DNA of 63,650 bases, the filler included, from Octopus bimaculoides (taxonomy: Eukaryota): assembly GCF_001194135.2 (NCBI RefSeq). It is 4 parts of 4 records of this genome, joined end to end, with 100 filler letters (N's around TTAATTAATTAA, not from the genome) between each part and the next. Parts side by side here need not be neighbours in the genome. Positions count along the whole stretch, not along the records: positions 60,185 to 63,650 come from NW_026436382.1; 3 more parts are not named here. One strand, written 5' to 3'. Position 1 is the first letter of the stretch, and each line of letters opens with the position of its first letter. Positions 60,820 to 63,650 of this stretch are shown piece by piece. Made by a program: the position numbers and the translations under genes. A model generated the notes under the pieces. The model saw nothing but the letters and a program-made list of their open reading frames with translations, was not told the origin of the DNA and ran no database searches.

Positions 60820-62006
60820 GCAGTATAAACACAGGCACACTCACACGTACACACAGACACAGACACACACGGACACACACATACACGCATTCATACGTAC
60901 ACTCACACGCACCCCCACACACACAAACGCATGCACACATACATACACACAGACGTTCATACACACAAACGCACGCAACATTCAAACACGCATATACACA
61001 CGCACACACACACACACACACACACATACAACATGCGCGCGCACACACACACATATCTATATACTACACACATTTATACATACACACATGCTTATTTACA
61101 CTTATATACACACCGATGTTTCATAACCTATATAGACCTATATAGACGTATTTACATAAACACAAACATATAAACACACACACACATGTATGTGTATGTG
61201 TATATATATATGAATGGATGTATGTGCGTGTGTGTATATATATATATAAGCATGTATATAAAGAAAGAAAAGATATGTATATATACCTATACAGATGGAT
61301 ATATAAATATATATGTATGTCTGTGCGTATGCATGTATGTGTATATATATCTGTGAGCATATGTTTGTGTGTATAACGATGCTGCTGGTCGAGGTGAGAG
61401 GGATAACTCCCTTGGCAAACAGGACACAGTCGTGTGTCGATAAGCCAGCTGGAGGAGATGTCCTCCTGGGGCTAAAAGCAACAGTAACATCCACCCCTAG
61501 GGGTCAGCCACACTTAAGTGGCAATATACTACACTTTATCGTGCAGTTACTGTTAATACTTCATTTAGAGAATTAACGATGCATACATATATATATATAT
61601 ATACATACACACATATATTTATATTATATATATATATATATATACACACACGCATTCATAATGCATACCCGTATACACACTCGTTGATCTTCGACACATG
61701 GATGTATATGTGTATACAGCAACGTGCACCCACAGCATGCTCATAAACACACACATATACACACACACATACACACATACACACATACACACACAAACGC
61801 ACGCACATACTGGATGGTCACGCTGACCCGCTTGAAATAAAAGCTAAATTCTTCTGAAATTATTGAGCAGTCGCGTTGAAAGAAGGATGCATTGAGATAA
61901 CGGATTCATAGGAGAACTGTGTCTCGAAATACGAAGTGATGGTCACGGTTGGGCCGTTTCGATCATGGGGTCAACTGGGTAAGTTATGACATGAGATTAA
62001 ACAACA

Positions 62007-62058
<52 letters not shown>

Positions 62059-62163
62059 ACATCTGTATGTGTCTATGTACTTGTGTATGAAAATATTAGC
62101 GTGCGCGCGCATACATATATGTTGGAGATACACATATGCATATATGTATAGACATACAATGTG

Positions 62164-62197
<34 letters not shown>

Positions 62198-62297
62198 CAT
62201 ACGCAATTAGTGAGGGATTTCTCCAAATGTTTGTATATATATTTATATACTCGCACAAAGAATTTTAAAGACGTGAAACTATACTATACCATGTATG

Positions 62298-62329
<32 letters not shown>

Positions 62330-62400
62330 TGTATGTATGTATGTGGCGTGTGTGTGTCTGTATGTATGTGTCTGCCTGCCTGCCTGTCTGTCCCTTTATC
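60820..62400. repeat. Large (CA)n/(TA)n/(TATG)n microsatellite mosaic with short repeat fragments
   Basis: Direct inspection. Confidence 0.85.
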
Positions 62401-62414
62401 TATATATGCATACA

Positions 62415-62538
62415 TGTACGTACAAGCAATAATATATATATACATATAAAATACACACACACACACACACATATATATATACACACACAGCATACACATA
62501 CATATACGTACAAGCAATAATATATATACATATAAAAT

Positions 62539-62571
<33 letters not shown>

Positions 62572-62625
62572 CACACAGCATACACATACATATACGTATA
62601 AGCAATAATATATATACATATAAAA
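62415..62625 (+). repeat. Minisatellite, ~90-bp unit built from microsatellite pieces
   Basis: 'tacgtacaagcaataatatat...gcatacacatacata' repeated about 2.5 times, running into a long N gap. Confidence 0.8.
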
Positions 62626-63401
62626 NNNNNNNNNNNNNNNNNNNNNNNNNNNNNNNNNNNNNNNNNNNNNNNNNNNNNNNNNNNNNNNNNNNNNNNNNNN
62701 NNNNNNNNNNNNNNNNNNNNNNNNNNNNNNNNNNNNNNNNNNNNNNNNNNNNNNNNNNNNNNNNNNNNNNNNNNNNNNNNNNNNNNNNNNNNNNNNNNNN
62801 NNNNNNNNNNNNNNNNNNNNNNNNNNNNNNNNNNNNNNNNNNNNNNNNNNNNNNNNNNNNNNNNNNNNNNNNNNNNNNNNNNNNNNNNNNNNNNNNNNNN
62901 NNNNNNNNNNNNNNNNNNNNNNNNNNNNNNNNNNNNNNNNNNNNNNNNNNNNNNNNNNNNNNNNNNNNNNNNNNNNNNNNNNNNNNNNNNNNNNNNNNNN
63001 NNNNNNNNNNNNNNNNNNNNNNNNNNNNNNNNNNNNNNNNNNNNNNNNNNNNNNNNNNNNNNNNNNNNNNNNNNNNNNNNNNNNNNNNNNNNNNNNNNNN
63101 NNNNNNNNNNNNNNNNNNNNNNNNNNNNNNNNNNNNNNNNNNNNNNNNNNNNNNNNNNNNNNNNNNNNNNNNNNNNNNNNNNNNNNNNNNNNNNNNNNNN
63201 NNNNNNNNNNNNNNNNNNNNNNNNNNNNNNNNNNNNNNNNNNNNNNNNNNNNNNNNNNNNNNNNNNNNNNNNNNNNNNNNNNNNNNNNNNNNNNNNNNNN
63301 NNNNNNNNNNNNNNNNNNNNNNNNNNNNNNNNNNNNNNNNNNNNNNNNNNNNNNNNNNNNNNNNNNNNNNNNNNNNNNNNNNNNNNNNNNNNNNNNNNNN
63401 N

Positions 63402-63436
<35 letters not shown>

Positions 63437-63650
63437 CACACGCACACATGGTAAGTCTATATATAAAATTCTTTCAACTCACCTTTTTCTGTTGAGCGAA
63501 GTTTCCTGCTTTGTCGTCTGCTTTATCCAATATTGAGAGAATGTGCGGAATGACAGGGAGGAGGTGTAGGAGGGAAGAATGAGAGAAGGAGACGGTGGGA
63601 GTGGGATAGAATGAGAGTAAAGGTGGAGTAGGAGAGTGACAGATTGAGAG

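Noticed and set aside
3-63449. Long ORFs in the supplied track (poly-M/L/H/C/Y/X)
   Set aside because: They arise from microsatellites, N gaps read as X, or antisense frames of transposon relics; no domain content.
63483-63650. Open minus-strand frame ending at aaag|gtgagt
   Set aside because: Mostly a pyrimidine-rich simple tract, runs off the window and has no homology; could be a UTR exon but cannot be supported.

Overview
AT-rich, gap-riddled animal genomic DNA from a draft assembly. The repeat families look to me like an octopus/coleoid cephalopod genome (recollection, not a database result). The window is mostly intronic or intergenic: microsatellites plus a dense, nested set of decayed transposons (four tRNA-headed SINE families, RTE, CR1-group and R4/Dong LINEs, Penelope-like elements, two Gypsy LTR elements, piggyBac, Tc1/mariner, Helitron-like elements). 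Host coding sequence is limited to four minus-strand exons. Three are phase-compatible exons of a NO VEIN-like protein (51118-50984, 49001-48844, 38701-38502). One is an isolated Cip4/FNBP1-like F-BAR exon (35465-35244). Three artificial 100-bp spacers (44 N + TTAATTAATTAA + 44 N) split the window into four joined blocks, so long-range gene order is uncertain. The most interesting signals are: (1) a tRNA-headed SINE carrying a minimal hammerhead ribozyme, with a Penelope-style inverted 5' end and a 10-bp TSD; (2) an RTE LINE family with a C4HC3 PHD finger inside its reverse transcriptase and a hairpin VNTR in its 3' UTR; (3) a SINE/CR1-LINE pair sharing a 3' tail; (4) a fold-back DNA element with 38-bp TIRs and a 6-bp TSD; (5) a piggyBac whose removal restores a Gypsy RT reading frame. 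Almost all ORFs in the supplied track are microsatellite, N-gap or antisense artefacts.
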